This document shows, one piece after another, positions 10,777 to 21,225 of a stretch of 61,802 bases of DNA. The translations under genes and the position numbers were made by a program. This stretch comes from an uncultured Fibrobacterota bacterium (GTDB lineage Bacteria; Fibrobacterota; Chitinivibrionia; Chitinivibrionales; FEN-1185): assembly GCA_963729895.1 (NCBI GenBank), contig CAVSQB010000035.1, positions 1 through 61,802 on the forward strand, written 5' to 3'. Below the pieces are notes generated by a model. The model saw only the letters and a program-made list of their open reading frames with translations, made no database searches and was not told where the DNA came from. Within the stretch, counting starts at the first letter, position 1; each line of letters begins with the position of its first letter.

Positions 10777-13008
10777 ATGAAAAAATCCTGTGGAACCGCG
10801 GTATCGTCGTTGTGTGCGGCTTTGCTCCTTGTCGCAGGAGTCATGTCCACTGTTCACGCCGGGACCATTCTCAAGCAATTCGGTTCTTTCAAGCACGTAA
10901 GCTCCATTATTCCTGCGGGAAACCAATTGTGGCTCGCAACGTCGGGCGGCGTTGTCCGGTACGACAGAACGACCGGCGCAACAAAGACATACACCGAGAT
11001 GTCCGACATTCCTGATCTCAATGTCACCGCAGGAGCGATTGACGCCTCAGGAGACCTGTGGTTCGGCGATACCGCCGGGTATTTGATACGGTGCCATCCG
11101 CAGACCGAAACCTTCACTTCCTACAACTCCCTTGCCGCAGCAGGCTGGCTGATCGATTGCATGGTCTGGGATGCCGGATTTCTCCTCATAGGCACCAGCA
11201 ACGGCCTGAGTGTTTTCGACATCGCACGGTCTTCTTTCCAGAATGTCAAACAATTCGGCACGTTGACCACGGTAAACGTCTCCGCGATCCGCGTCTTTGG
11301 AAACACCATTGCGGTTGTCGTTCCGGATGGAATCGCCTACACCGTTGTCGACACATTTCAGAACACCATTTTCTCCGATCCCGGCATATGGAATGTCATT
11401 CCGTCGCCCGGCGTCGTCGGCATCGTTCAGCAGGCCGACACGCTCGCGCCGAGCCCGAGGATATGCCAGCAATACGGGTCAACCATTTGGCAATACGGAG
11501 GATCGGACGCCGGGGGAACCGGGCTCTGGCTCAATGGCAGCCTTCTGAATACTTTCCCGTCACCCGTTACCTGTGTACTGCCTCTCAACGACTCCTGGTT
11601 CGCTCTCGGGACCAGGTCGTCCTTCTGGTATATGTACAATCCCGGCACAAAATCGTTCCAGCAGCAGATCATCAACGGTCCGGCGGATTCCTACGTCAAA
11701 GGATGCGCAATTGACCAGAGCGGCATGCTCTGGTTTATCCCTTACGACCCGATAAACGGTATCGGCCAGTTCGATGAAAGACAGTGGACAAGCTTGACTT
11801 ATAATAATACTCCCAGTCTTCCGCCCATGAATACCGGAGTGCCTTTCAACTGCAAAAACGCCATAATGGTCACCTCAAAAAATGACGTCTGGGTTTCCAC
11901 GTGGGCTGATGGCGCCTTATGGCTCAATCGGGAAACCGGAGTATGGTCGGCGTATGAAGACCCCCATTCGCAAATTTACTCCGCTGTGTCGCCCATAGTC
12001 CGGTACGACAGCAATACGGCCGCTTGGTGGACCTTTGTTTCCTCTACCTGCGAGGATTCCCTGGGGTTCATCTGGGTGGCGAATGCCCAGGCCTACAACG
12101 GCAATTTTCTCGATGTGAGAAAGCCGCGCGACAATACACTGTGGCGGTCAATCAACATGAACTTGTTGCAATGGCAAGATAATCCCAAGTTCATCGGTCC
12201 CATTGCTGCAAATGAAAACAAGGGAACTCTTACTCAATATATTTATCTTGGATTCATGCCGAAACCGGACCTGACCGGCGGCGGTATGGCCATTCTGAGT
12301 TATTCTTCCGCAAACCCGCTCGACTCTCAAACCGCGATCGGCTATCTTGTCAACCCGAAGGCGGTGGTGACGGGGTTTGCCGCGGTCAACGACACGCTCG
12401 TGTGGATTTCCGCGGAAGACGGCATTTACAAGGTGACAAATAACAACGCGACAACCATGACCAAGATAACGACGATAACATCGAGCGGAACGTTCGATGC
12501 CATCGCCGTGGGAATGAACGGAAATCCGGTCTTCTGCAAGGACAAAGACCTGTATTCGTACAACGATGCCGACTCCTCGCTTACCAATCTCACCAAATGC
12601 GGAACGCTCGGTACGCCGGTAAACTGGATTACTGTTGACAAAAAAAACAGCGCCTACTGGATCGCGAGCAACTCGGGCCTTTACCGGTTCGTCACCGGGG
12701 ACACCGGCGTGGTGCAAACCAATGCGGCGGCAGGCTCCATCGACGTGTATCCCAATCCGGCGTCGCGGGCCTACCTCAGGAACAACCATCCGATGCGGTT
12801 CACCAGGCTTAACGCGCTGAGCCCGCACGTCCGCATTTACGATGCGTCGGGCACGCTGGTGCGTGTGCTTACGGATCAGAACACCAGTATTATCAACTGG
12901 AACGGCGCCAATAATGCGGGGAACATCGTGATTCCGGGGGTCTATTTTTACCAGGCGAATTCCGCAAACGGAAAAAGTTGCAGGGGTAAAATCTTCGTTA
13001 TTCCGTAG
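10777..13008 (+). CDS. PorZ-like secreted beta-propeller protein with T9SS/FlgD-Ig C-terminal domain
   Basis: Signal peptide; repeated W-x-x-T/G propeller blades; C-terminal VYPNP..IYDASGTLVR..WNG.N..G..V.PGVY. Confidence 0.75.
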   Translation: MKKSCGTAVSSLCAALLLVAGVMSTVHAGTILKQFGSFKHVSSIIPAGNQLWLATSGGVVRYDRTTGATKTYTEMSDIPDLNVTAGAIDASGDLWFGDTAGYLIRCHPQTETFTSYNSLAAAGWLIDCMVWDAGFLLIGTSNGLSVFDIARSSFQNVKQFGTLTTVNVSAIRVFGNTIAVVVPDGIAYTVVDTFQNTIFSDPGIWNVIPSPGVVGIVQQADTLAPSPRICQQYGSTIWQYGGSDAGGTGLWLNGSLLNTFPSPVTCVLPLNDSWFALGTRSSFWYMYNPGTKSFQQQIINGPADSYVKGCAIDQSGMLWFIPYDPINGIGQFDERQWTSLTYNNTPSLPPMNTGVPFNCKNAIMVTSKNDVWVSTWADGALWLNRETGVWSAYEDPHSQIYSAVSPIVRYDSNTAAWWTFVSSTCEDSLGFIWVANAQAYNGNFLDVRKPRDNTLWRSINMNLLQWQDNPKFIGPIAANENKGTLTQYIYLGFMPKPDLTGGGMAILSYSSANPLDSQTAIGYLVNPKAVVTGFAAVNDTLVWISAEDGIYKVTNNNATTMTKITTITSSGTFDAIAVGMNGNPVFCKDKDLYSYNDADSSLTNLTKCGTLGTPVNWITVDKKNSAYWIASNSGLYRFVTGDTGVVQTNAAAGSIDVYPNPASRAYLRNNHPMRFTRLNALSPHVRIYDASGTLVRVLTDQNTSIINWNGANNAGNIVIPGVYFYQANSANGKSCRGKIFVIP

Positions 13009-14113
13009 CAGGCGGGCTTTTCAACCTGCGGGCCAAGTCCGGGAGCGTATCTTCCATAGAGCCGAGCATTGTTTTCCACACGACGCCGTACGAGTGATGT
13101 TCCGTCACCCACGCCCTTCCCCGTATGCCGGCAGTCCGTCTGTATTCCTCATCGTCAATCAGCCTGAGCAGCACGTCGTGCAGGGTCTCGCGGTTCGCGA
13201 GAACAAAGGGGTGGTCGGTAAGGAACGACGCGTACCCGGGCGTAAATTCGGTAACCGTGGGGATATTCATGGCGAGAGTTTCCAGTGAATTGACGCCGTA
13301 GCCGGTGCCGCCGAAATTGCCTATCTGCTCGATTGCTATATGCGAACGAGACTTCTCCTCGATCACCCTGCTGCGCGGCGCGCCGGTCATGATGGCATAC
13401 TCGATCTCCCGCTCCGTTGAAAGCCGTGCGAGTACCGGTTCAATGAGGTGCGTGCCCTTCGCGGCCGGGTTCGACGGTGCGTGAATGATGCGGATTTTCC
13501 CGCCGGGCGTCGCTTTCTCGGGCAGGGCCGAACAGTCGTAGGGTATCGGCAGATACCGCAATTTAGGATGCAGTGCAAGAAGGTCGAATTCGCTGGTGAG
13601 GTTGAGGTTGCTTGCTTCGTCGACTTCCTTTACGATGCCGCGGCTGCGGATGTCCGGACCGTGGTAGTGGCAGACAATCGGCTTCCCCATCGCCCGGAGC
13701 TTCTTTACCCAGCGCGAATCGCGGAAGAAATCGATACCGCCGTGAAAATGGTAGATGTCGAATCCGTACAGGTCGTACTCTCTGGCAAGCCGGCCGAACT
13801 CTATGCTCCGCCACTCGTCCCGAAGGGCAACGTAGAAAGATTCCAGAGCGCCTTCCGGTCTATATTCGTGGAGAGCGCCCCGGCCCGCTGCGGCCGCAAC
13901 CAGGCGCTCCGCTTCTGCGGTGCGCCGCGCGCGAAGCGGGCGCAGCCAGCGCGGGTCAAACAGCCTTTTGTTAAGGCAAATATCTTCCGGAATATTGCCG
14001 CGATGTCTGTAGAGGGTAAGGAGCCGGCCGGAATGGCCCATGGCCTCGTACACCTTACAGAATGTCAACGGAACGTTGACCGTATTGAAGTAGGAGAAGT
14101 GCAGGCTTTTCAC
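12998..14113 (-). CDS. GT-B glycosyltransferase
   Basis: YHGPDIR, IIHAPSN..KGT and GYGVNSLE motifs. Confidence 0.8.
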   Translation of the reverse strand: MKSLHFSYFNTVNVPLTFCKVYEAMGHSGRLLTLYRHRGNIPEDICLNKRLFDPRWLRPLRARRTAEAERLVAAAAGRGALHEYRPEGALESFYVALRDEWRSIEFGRLAREYDLYGFDIYHFHGGIDFFRDSRWVKKLRAMGKPIVCHYHGPDIRSRGIVKEVDEASNLNLTSEFDLLALHPKLRYLPIPYDCSALPEKATPGGKIRIIHAPSNPAAKGTHLIEPVLARLSTEREIEYAIMTGAPRSRVIEEKSRSHIAIEQIGNFGGTGYGVNSLETLAMNIPTVTEFTPGYASFLTDHPFVLANRETLHDVLLRLIDDEEYRRTAGIRGRAWVTEHHSYGVVWKTMLGSMEDTLPDLARRLKSPPATE

Positions 14114-15288
14114 GGCAGCCGCCCCGTCATGGCGCCTTCCATAAAATCAATATACACCATCTTCTCCTTTTCCCAGCAGAACCTTTCCGCCGCGGCGAGG
14201 CAGTTTTTTTTATACGCGGCAAGGTCCGGAAACACCGAGAGGAATCCGGCAAGCGCTTCACGGATACTCTCCACGCTTGACGGCGAGACCACCCAGCCAA
14301 GCTTCCAATCCCGCACCACGCGCGCTATTTCCGGGCCGTCGCTTGCGATCACGGGAATTCCCGCGTTGATATAATCGAACAGCTTGCTGGGAAGGGTGAC
14401 GGTCATGTTGATCCCGCGCGTCTCATGAATCACCTGGCCGAGATTGGCGTCTTTCAGGTAATGCACAAACTCGCCGCTCTGCACCGGGTCCGCAAAATGT
14501 ACTCTCTTGTCAAGAGCGAGGCCTGCCGCCTCGGCGCGCAGCGCTCCGGCGAGATCGCCGCTTCCCACCAGCGCCAGATGCAGGGCCGCAAACGGCGCCA
14601 TGGCGCGGACAAGGGGCACAAGGCCGCGATTTGCCGCAATTTCGCCTTTGTAAATTATAAGAGGCGCCTCCACGGGAATGCCGAACCGTTTTCTCAACCG
14701 GCCGTCTCCCGCTGCCGCGTATTCGGCTTTGCTAGGCACATTGAGAATGGTGGTGGTATGTACAATATTGAAATCTCTCTTAAGGAACCGCTCCGTCGTG
14801 TTGCACACCGCTGCGACGTTTTGGGCGCCCCTCACCCCGAAACGTTCGAGGAGGTACCAGACCCGGCGCATCACGGGTTTTGCAACAAGCTGGTCCACAC
14901 CTTGAAAGTATTCCAGCGAAAAGTAGTTGTATCGCGCCCGGTTGAACCATGAAGCGATGCGCGCCGGCACAAGCGCGGGCGGGTCAACGGCCTCGTACAG
15001 CCGCGATTTCAGACGGAACAAGACAAAAACGAGGGAAAAGAAATAGCGAATAAAGAAACGCTTCCCCCGGATCGAGTTCGCGCGAAGGGTAATCGGATAG
15101 GTATCTATCCCGGGCCATCGGGGATCGCCCTGACCCGGCTCGCTTTCCCATGAGACGAGCGCGACCCGGTACCCCTTTTCCGCCAGCGCCGAAGCCTGCC
15201 TGTGGAAAAATGGGTAAAAACGCGCGTCCGCCAAGTGGATAATGCAAACGTCATAGCGTATCCGCGATATGGGTCTGGATACTATCAT
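14110..15288 (-). CDS. Glycosyltransferase family 4
   Basis: YKG..ANRG, LPSKLFDYINAGIPVIASD. Confidence 0.88.
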   Translation of the reverse strand: MIVSRPISRIRYDVCIIHLADARFYPFFHRQASALAEKGYRVALVSWESEPGQGDPRWPGIDTYPITLRANSIRGKRFFIRYFFSLVFVLFRLKSRLYEAVDPPALVPARIASWFNRARYNYFSLEYFQGVDQLVAKPVMRRVWYLLERFGVRGAQNVAAVCNTTERFLKRDFNIVHTTTILNVPSKAEYAAAGDGRLRKRFGIPVEAPLIIYKGEIAANRGLVPLVRAMAPFAALHLALVGSGDLAGALRAEAAGLALDKRVHFADPVQSGEFVHYLKDANLGQVIHETRGINMTVTLPSKLFDYINAGIPVIASDGPEIARVVRDWKLGWVVSPSSVESIREALAGFLSVFPDLAAYKKNCLAAAERFCWEKEKMVYIDFMEGAMTGRLP

Positions 15289-16496
15289 GCGGTTAACGCG
15301 CCCGGCACGAGCGACCGGTAAACGGTTTCTATGCCTGCAAAATGTTTCTCGTACGAAAACGCCAGCCCCACATGCTTTTGAGCGGCCAGACCCATTTTGG
15401 TCCTGAGCGCCGCGTCGGAGGCAAGCAGAACCACCTTACGTGCGGCCTCGTTGTCGTCATGGTGCTTCACAAGAAATCCGTGTTCGCCGTCGACAAAGCA
15501 TTCCCCTGCGCCGCCGGAATCGAAAACGACAACGGGCACCGCCATGGTCATGGCTTCGAGAATCACTCCGCCCAATCCCTCTTGATAATTTGGAAGATGC
15601 GCAAATATTGCGGTGTGTGACAGCAGGGCCGGAATCTGTTCGTGCGGCAGTTGACCTACTGCCACCACCAGCCCTTTGAGGCCCAAGCGCCCTATGAGGC
15701 CGGTTACGTCCTCATAGTACCGTTCGTGTCCCGGCTCCCTGCCACCCACGATCACATACAGGAGTCTGCCGGGAAGTTTGTGCTCGGCGGCCGCAGCCGT
15801 ACGGACAAAGTGCTCGTGTCCCTTTACCTGGAGGAATTTGGCGATGCTGACCACCAGAAGCTTGTTTTTGTCAAGTGCCGGGAACGCCGGATACGACCGA
15901 AGCGGATCAAACAGGCTTCGATCGGGACCCGGGTCGTAGACGACCGCGACGTGCGCCTCGGAAAGACGGACGGAACGCCTTACCGCACGTGAAATACAAA
16001 CGGCAGTGTCGACGAAGAGCGCGCTCCACCAGCCGAACAACATCCTCTGTGCCCGGCCATCGAGGTTCTGCCTCACGTGAGCTACCACGCGCGCGCCCGT
16101 AACTGCGGCGCAGAGGTAAAACGGTGCGTCGATAAGATCGGAAAAATGAACAATAGCGAACCTTTCGCTTCTCATGAATCGAACCATGCGCAGCATTGCA
16201 ACCGGCAACCCGATGCAGAACCTGAAGAAATCCGCCCCTCGTTTCAAAGAGCGCATCCTCGAAAACGGGATAATGGAAACGGCCACGGCAGCGCCCATGA
16301 GCCTGTCCACGAATTCCCCCCGCTCCGGGAATACCGCATGTACGTCGTATCCGGCTTGTTCCGAGAAATGTTTGATAAGCTTGTAGGTGCAAATCGGCAT
16401 GCCGGTGTCAAATGAAGCGACTGAGGTAAAGAAACAGATTTTTATGGCGGCTGGTCCGCCGGGCGTGACGGTGCGGGGATGTTTTTTTTCGACCAT
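15285..16496 (-). CDS. Glycosyltransferase family 4
   Basis: KGHEHF, EGLGGVILEAM..AVPVV motifs. Confidence 0.9.
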   Translation of the reverse strand: MVEKKHPRTVTPGGPAAIKICFFTSVASFDTGMPICTYKLIKHFSEQAGYDVHAVFPERGEFVDRLMGAAVAVSIIPFSRMRSLKRGADFFRFCIGLPVAMLRMVRFMRSERFAIVHFSDLIDAPFYLCAAVTGARVVAHVRQNLDGRAQRMLFGWWSALFVDTAVCISRAVRRSVRLSEAHVAVVYDPGPDRSLFDPLRSYPAFPALDKNKLLVVSIAKFLQVKGHEHFVRTAAAAEHKLPGRLLYVIVGGREPGHERYYEDVTGLIGRLGLKGLVVAVGQLPHEQIPALLSHTAIFAHLPNYQEGLGGVILEAMTMAVPVVVFDSGGAGECFVDGEHGFLVKHHDDNEAARKVVLLASDAALRTKMGLAAQKHVGLAFSYEKHFAGIETVYRSLVPGALTA

Positions 16497-16641
16497 TACA
16501 TCTCTCTTAAGGACAAATATACATTTTTCTGCTCAACGGAGTCTTCCGTCAACCCGACCTGCCGCCGGCAAAACAAAGAAGGCCAAACCATACCCCGGTT
16601 TGGCCCCGCGTTCAACTGGTTCCTCTTTGTGAAGTTCCGTC

Positions 16642-17541
16642 CTATCTCCCGAAATGGATGTTCTGTGGTTCGGAATCCCCGGCGGAACTTCCGGAAGGCG
16701 CCGGATTCTCTTCGGCCGGAGTTTCAGGGCCGCTTTCGATGCGCGACGTCTGTGCAGCGACCTCACCAATCACCGATTGGCCCGCAACGGATCCTGGGCT
16801 CCCCGGCGCTGCTTTGGCGGCCTGCGCCTGCTCCTCGGCGGTGAGGATTCTTCTTCTGACAAGGACCTTCCTGCCGTGAAGAATTTCCGTATTCTCCGGG
16901 ACAATCGCGACAGGCTCTTTGGCGGCCGGCGGTTGACTCACCACCGTGCTCGGGGGGCGGGGCGCCGGCGAAACACGCTCCGGAACAGGTCCGCCTGCAG
17001 GCTGAACGGCGGGCGAAATAGGCTGCTCAGCAGGTGACCGTTCGATTTCGGAGCTGCGGTTTTGGTCCCTGTCTCTGAACTGCGGCCGGTTGTTCCTGTC
17101 TCTTTCCCTGTCGTGCCTCCTGAAATCGTCATCTCTTCCCCTGTTCGGTCTACCGGCGCTCTGGTCGAATCGCCTCTGAGGATTCTGAGGCGTCTGGATG
17201 ACGTCTCTGATCTTCTTGCGGGCATTCTCCTGGTCGCGCTCCGCGTTCTTGAGCCGCAGGTTGATATCCCTCAGCGACTTCTCCATGTGATCGACCGGCT
17301 GAGTTGATGGGACGGCAGGCGCTGCAACGGGCTTCTGCCTTTGATCAACCGGAGGCCTTCTGTTGAACCGATTGTCGTCGCGTTTCTTCCTGAAGTCCCT
17401 GTTGTCCAGAGTCACCGGAGCAACTCCCGGCGCTTCCGGTTTTGGGGCGATTCTCCTGCTCGTGACGAAAAGGACTATCAGGACGGTCTGTAGAATGATG
17501 ATGACGGCTGACGCTGTAATGACTATCGTTGCTAGATCCAT
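16642..17541 (-). CDS. Membrane-anchored, largely disordered Arg/Pro-rich hypothetical protein
   Basis: N-terminal TM helix, short coiled coil (SLRDINLRLKNAERDQE), low-complexity tail; GGAG RBS. Confidence 0.7.
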   Translation of the reverse strand: MDLATIVITASAVIIILQTVLIVLFVTSRRIAPKPEAPGVAPVTLDNRDFRKKRDDNRFNRRPPVDQRQKPVAAPAVPSTQPVDHMEKSLRDINLRLKNAERDQENARKKIRDVIQTPQNPQRRFDQSAGRPNRGRDDDFRRHDRERDRNNRPQFRDRDQNRSSEIERSPAEQPISPAVQPAGGPVPERVSPAPRPPSTVVSQPPAAKEPVAIVPENTEILHGRKVLVRRRILTAEEQAQAAKAAPGSPGSVAGQSVIGEVAAQTSRIESGPETPAEENPAPSGSSAGDSEPQNIHFGR

Positions 17542-18169
17542 AATAAAAACACTCCATATAGGTTTGATAATTGTTTGGTGTCATCTCGATGTTGCATAAC
17601 CCGCGCTGCTTTCTCTTGATAACCGGATGATATTCTTGTCTGCTCCCCATTTGTAATACGTTTTGACCATAACTCTCTTGATTCAGAAAATGGGAAAGCG
17701 CGTTGTCTCAGCACACGTTGTGATTGCAATCGGTGCCATGTTCAAGGTGTCTCTTGTTTGTACTCAAAACACCTCCTTTCTTTGCATAGCAAATAGGGCA
17801 TTGTCTTTCATGCCGCGTCGGCTGAAATGTCAAAGAGCCTGAAAACAGAATGGTGGGCGCGCGTGCCCGCGATTCTTACCTACTCATTCCTGGAGCGCTC
17901 CAGGAGATTCATCGCAATTCTTGATTACAAATCGCAACGCGCCGCTCTCTTGGCCATCGGCAGATCTTGTTCCAAAGGGAAGACTGGTTCGAGAAGAAGG
18001 AAGTCCAACAATCAATTGATCCTTACAATTTCCGTACTGATCCCTATGAGAAAGTACTTTAAGCGGCCTTCCCGGAAAACATCAATGACAGAAAGATACG
18101 TTGCGGATGTTGAGGAAAGCAAGAAGTGTGAATAGAGGGTAACGGGCGCCCGGGCGGACCATTGCCCGT

Positions 18170-19207
18170 TTAACGGAACACTCTTCTCTTACTGCACAAC
18201 ATCCCGTAGCAGTCGGTACAGCAGGCGCATTGCCCGGGTATCCGGGCCTTTTTGTGCATGGTCCTGAACGCGGCAAACTCTTTGCCAAACCAAATCTTTT
18301 TAGGGTCTTCCCCGAGGATATTGCCGAACACAACCGGGTCCGGGTGGTTGTCTGCGCCAAACAGAAAGAACGAAGTCTTGACGGAAAGGTAATCGCACGG
18401 GCACACGTTGCCCTTTATGTCGATGAACAGATCGAGGCACTGCTGGCAACCCAGCGGCTCGGGTCGCATTCGCGGCACATGGAGTTGCTGGCCGTTGCGG
18501 ACCGCCTTGCTGATTGCCGTCTGCAGTATGGCTTCCGCTTCCGGATTGCCGTCCTTGCGATAGAGGGCCAATTCCACGAGGCCCTTGGAAAAACACAGAA
18601 GGTTGGTGACGAACACCGTTTTGATCCCAAGGGAGTTGACAAAATCTACATATTCGGGGAACTCCCCGGCATTGTCCCGGTGCAAAACGAAGACCGTTTT
18701 CACTTCGCTGCGGGGAAGTCCGGCCCGGAGATCCTTGATGGCCTGCACGGTGCGGTCGAAGGACGACCCGGTCTTGAACATCTCCACGGTTTCCTTTTTG
18801 ACTCCGTCAAGAGACACCACCACTTCGGGCACGGGAAATTTCGACAGCATGGCGATGGTGTCGTCGCGTAAGCTGTTGCCGTTGGTATAGATCGGAAAAT
18901 TGATGGCGGGGTTCAGGGAAAGCGTGAAATCCATCATCCGAAAAATGTCTTTTTGAAGAAGCGCTTCGAACCCGGAAAAGTAAAAGTTGGTCGCGCGCCT
19001 GATAAAGCCGGAAATCTTCCGCGCCCGCACCACAAATTCGTCAAAGTCGATGGAGCCGCGAGGGCCGTCCGGGATGTCGGTGCCGAACAAGCTCAAAAAA
19101 CAGTGGCGGCACTTGAGATTGCACCCGGAAATGGTCTGAAGAACGATGGAGGAGGGGTAGCCGAGGAACTTGCTGTTTATAAACCGTGAAAGTCTGGAGG
19201 AGAACAC
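18170..19207 (-). CDS. Radical SAM / SPASM-twitch domain protein
   Basis: CNLKCRHC motif; VSLDG; C-terminal C..C..ID.KG.V.PC...GNI...CACC..C...C. Start GTG 19207 is inferred. Confidence 0.85.
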   Translation of the reverse strand: MFSSRLSRFINSKFLGYPSSIVLQTISGCNLKCRHCFLSLFGTDIPDGPRGSIDFDEFVVRARKISGFIRRATNFYFSGFEALLQKDIFRMMDFTLSLNPAINFPIYTNGNSLRDDTIAMLSKFPVPEVVVSLDGVKKETVEMFKTGSSFDRTVQAIKDLRAGLPRSEVKTVFVLHRDNAGEFPEYVDFVNSLGIKTVFVTNLLCFSKGLVELALYRKDGNPEAEAILQTAISKAVRNGQQLHVPRMRPEPLGCQQCLDLFIDIKGNVCPCDYLSVKTSFFLFGADNHPDPVVFGNILGEDPKKIWFGKEFAAFRTMHKKARIPGQCACCTDCYGMLCSKRRVFR

Positions 19208-19434
19208 GGGGAATCCTTTGGACCGTGATTTTGGACGATGGGAGTATGGAATGAATATAGTTGATGAGAGTGGGTAGCGGAGTCGGGCTTGGGATGCGCA
19301 TGTCAACAGTTTCACTCCAACAGAAACAGGGCGCTCAATCCCGGGGAGGTTGGGTCGCCTCTTCTCGCAATGCCTCGCAGGCTTTCTTCAATCGTGACCC
19401 CTGTCACCGCGTCAACAACTATTTTGAGCTTTCC

Positions 19435-21225
19435 ATGAACCCACCCGGCACCGATACGGTTGTCCTTTACGACCAGGAATTCGCCGCATGGCTCTGGTTT
19501 GAATCACCAAAGCTGGTGATAACCGCAGCCAGAACCTGTGATGTTGCCTCCGCACTCGCCCGCGCGGAGTACCTGACAAAGGCAACGGGGTTGTACGCGG
19601 CCGGATGTATCAGCTACGAGGCGGCCCCGGGATTCGACAAGGCTTTACGGGTAAGAAAGAACGGCGCATTCCCCCTGTTATGGCTGGGTTTGTTCGACAA
19701 GCCGAGGCGGCTTTCGCCGTCCACCGTATTGTCTCCTGCGTCGGATTTCAGTGTCGGGCCGTGGAAATCAAATATCGGCTTCAAGGTTTACAAACGGAAT
19801 ATCGCCCGTATCAAGCGTTGTATTGCACGGGGCGAAACATACCAAGTCAACTACACCTACCGGTTGCGCGCCCTTTTTTCCGGCAACGAATGGTCCTATT
19901 TCACCAACCTCGCGTCGGCAGCCGGGGCTCCGCATGCCGCATATATCAACACCGGCCGGTTTGCGATATGCTCGCTGTCCCCCGAATTATTCTTTCGCCT
20001 CAAGGGCACATCACTTATCTCCAGGCCCATGAAAGGCACTGCACCGCGCGGCCGTTTTACCACGGAGGACCTGGGCAGGCGCCGATGGCTGGAAAGGTCG
20101 GAAAAGAACAAGGCAGAAAACATCATGATCGTGGACATGGTTCGCAATGATATGGGCCGCGTTGCAAACAAAGGAACCGTAGCGGTAGAAAACCTCTTTG
20201 CATGCGAGCGGTTCCCGACCGTTTGGCAAATGACCTCCACGGTGACTTCGCAAACTCATGCGTCCGTTACTCAAATCATGCAGGCATTATTCCCTTGCGC
20301 ATCAATTACAGGCGCGCCAAAGGTGAGCACGGCAAACATAATTTCCCGCTTGGAAACCTCTCCCCGCCGGATCTACACGGGCTGCATCGGCTATATCGCC
20401 CCCCGGCGCAAAGCCGTGTTCAGCGTGGCGATCAGGACCGTGCTCATCGATAAGAAACGCAAACAAGCCGAATACGGGGCGGGCGGCGGTATTGTCTGGC
20501 CATCGAGCGCACAAGAAGAATTCGAGGAATGCCGTGTCAAGGCGCTCAACGTTACCCGCGAGACGAACCCATTTTCCCTGCTCGAATCAATCCTGTGGAC
20601 TCCTCGCAACGGATTTTTTCTTCTTGACAAACACATCAAGCGGCTTACGGACTCGGCGGCGTATTTCGGGTTCAGGGCCGATGCGTTGCTCCTGCGGAAG
20701 CGGCTTGGGGCAATGGCCGGTTCGCTTGCGCTGCGTCCGCACAAGGTGCGCGTGGTGGTGAATGCGGGCGGCGGCATTGTCTGCACCGCGGTGAAGCTTG
20801 ACTTACGTGGTAATCACAGGCCCGTCAGGCTTTCCTTAGCCCGTCGACCTGTTGATTCCTCGGACTGTTTTCTCTTTCACAAGACTACAAATCGCGCCGT
20901 GTACGAACGAGCCGCCCACGGTACTGCCGAAAGTGACGATGTTGTCTTGTGGAACGAACGAGGGCAGATCACGGAGACATGCATTGCGAATGTAGTGGTT
21001 AAGCTCGGTTCAAGACTGGTAACGCCATCCCTGGAATGCGGCCTTCTTGCCGGGACATTGAGAGAACTTCTTTTGCAACGTCGGGACATTGCAGAGGGAA
21101 TCGTTACAAGAAACGATCTCGCGGCCGCATCGAAAATCTATGTTGTCAATTCTGTCCGCCTGTGGCGGGAAGCGATCCTATCGGCGCACTCAGGGGCACG
21201 AGGTGTTCCATGGAAAAAATCCTGA
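19435..21225 (+). CDS. pabB: Aminodeoxychorismate synthase component I fused to class IV aminotransferase (PabB-PabC fusion)
   Basis: GETYQVN, SPELFF, PMKGT, AENIMIVDMVRND, SITGAPK; C-terminal HKTTNR, NERGQITE, GLLAGT.R. Confidence 0.9.
   Translation: MNPPGTDTVVLYDQEFAAWLWFESPKLVITAARTCDVASALARAEYLTKATGLYAAGCISYEAAPGFDKALRVRKNGAFPLLWLGLFDKPRRLSPSTVLSPASDFSVGPWKSNIGFKVYKRNIARIKRCIARGETYQVNYTYRLRALFSGNEWSYFTNLASAAGAPHAAYINTGRFAICSLSPELFFRLKGTSLISRPMKGTAPRGRFTTEDLGRRRWLERSEKNKAENIMIVDMVRNDMGRVANKGTVAVENLFACERFPTVWQMTSTVTSQTHASVTQIMQALFPCASITGAPKVSTANIISRLETSPRRIYTGCIGYIAPRRKAVFSVAIRTVLIDKKRKQAEYGAGGGIVWPSSAQEEFEECRVKALNVTRETNPFSLLESILWTPRNGFFLLDKHIKRLTDSAAYFGFRADALLLRKRLGAMAGSLALRPHKVRVVVNAGGGIVCTAVKLDLRGNHRPVRLSLARRPVDSSDCFLFHKTTNRAVYERAAHGTAESDDVVLWNERGQITETCIANVVVKLGSRLVTPSLECGLLAGTLRELLLQRRDIAEGIVTRNDLAAASKIYVVNSVRLWREAILSAHSGARGVPWKKS

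Noticed and set aside
17545..17830. Possible 6S RNA or riboswitch
   Set aside because: I could not establish a long rod structure or a recognisable aptamer consensus by eye.
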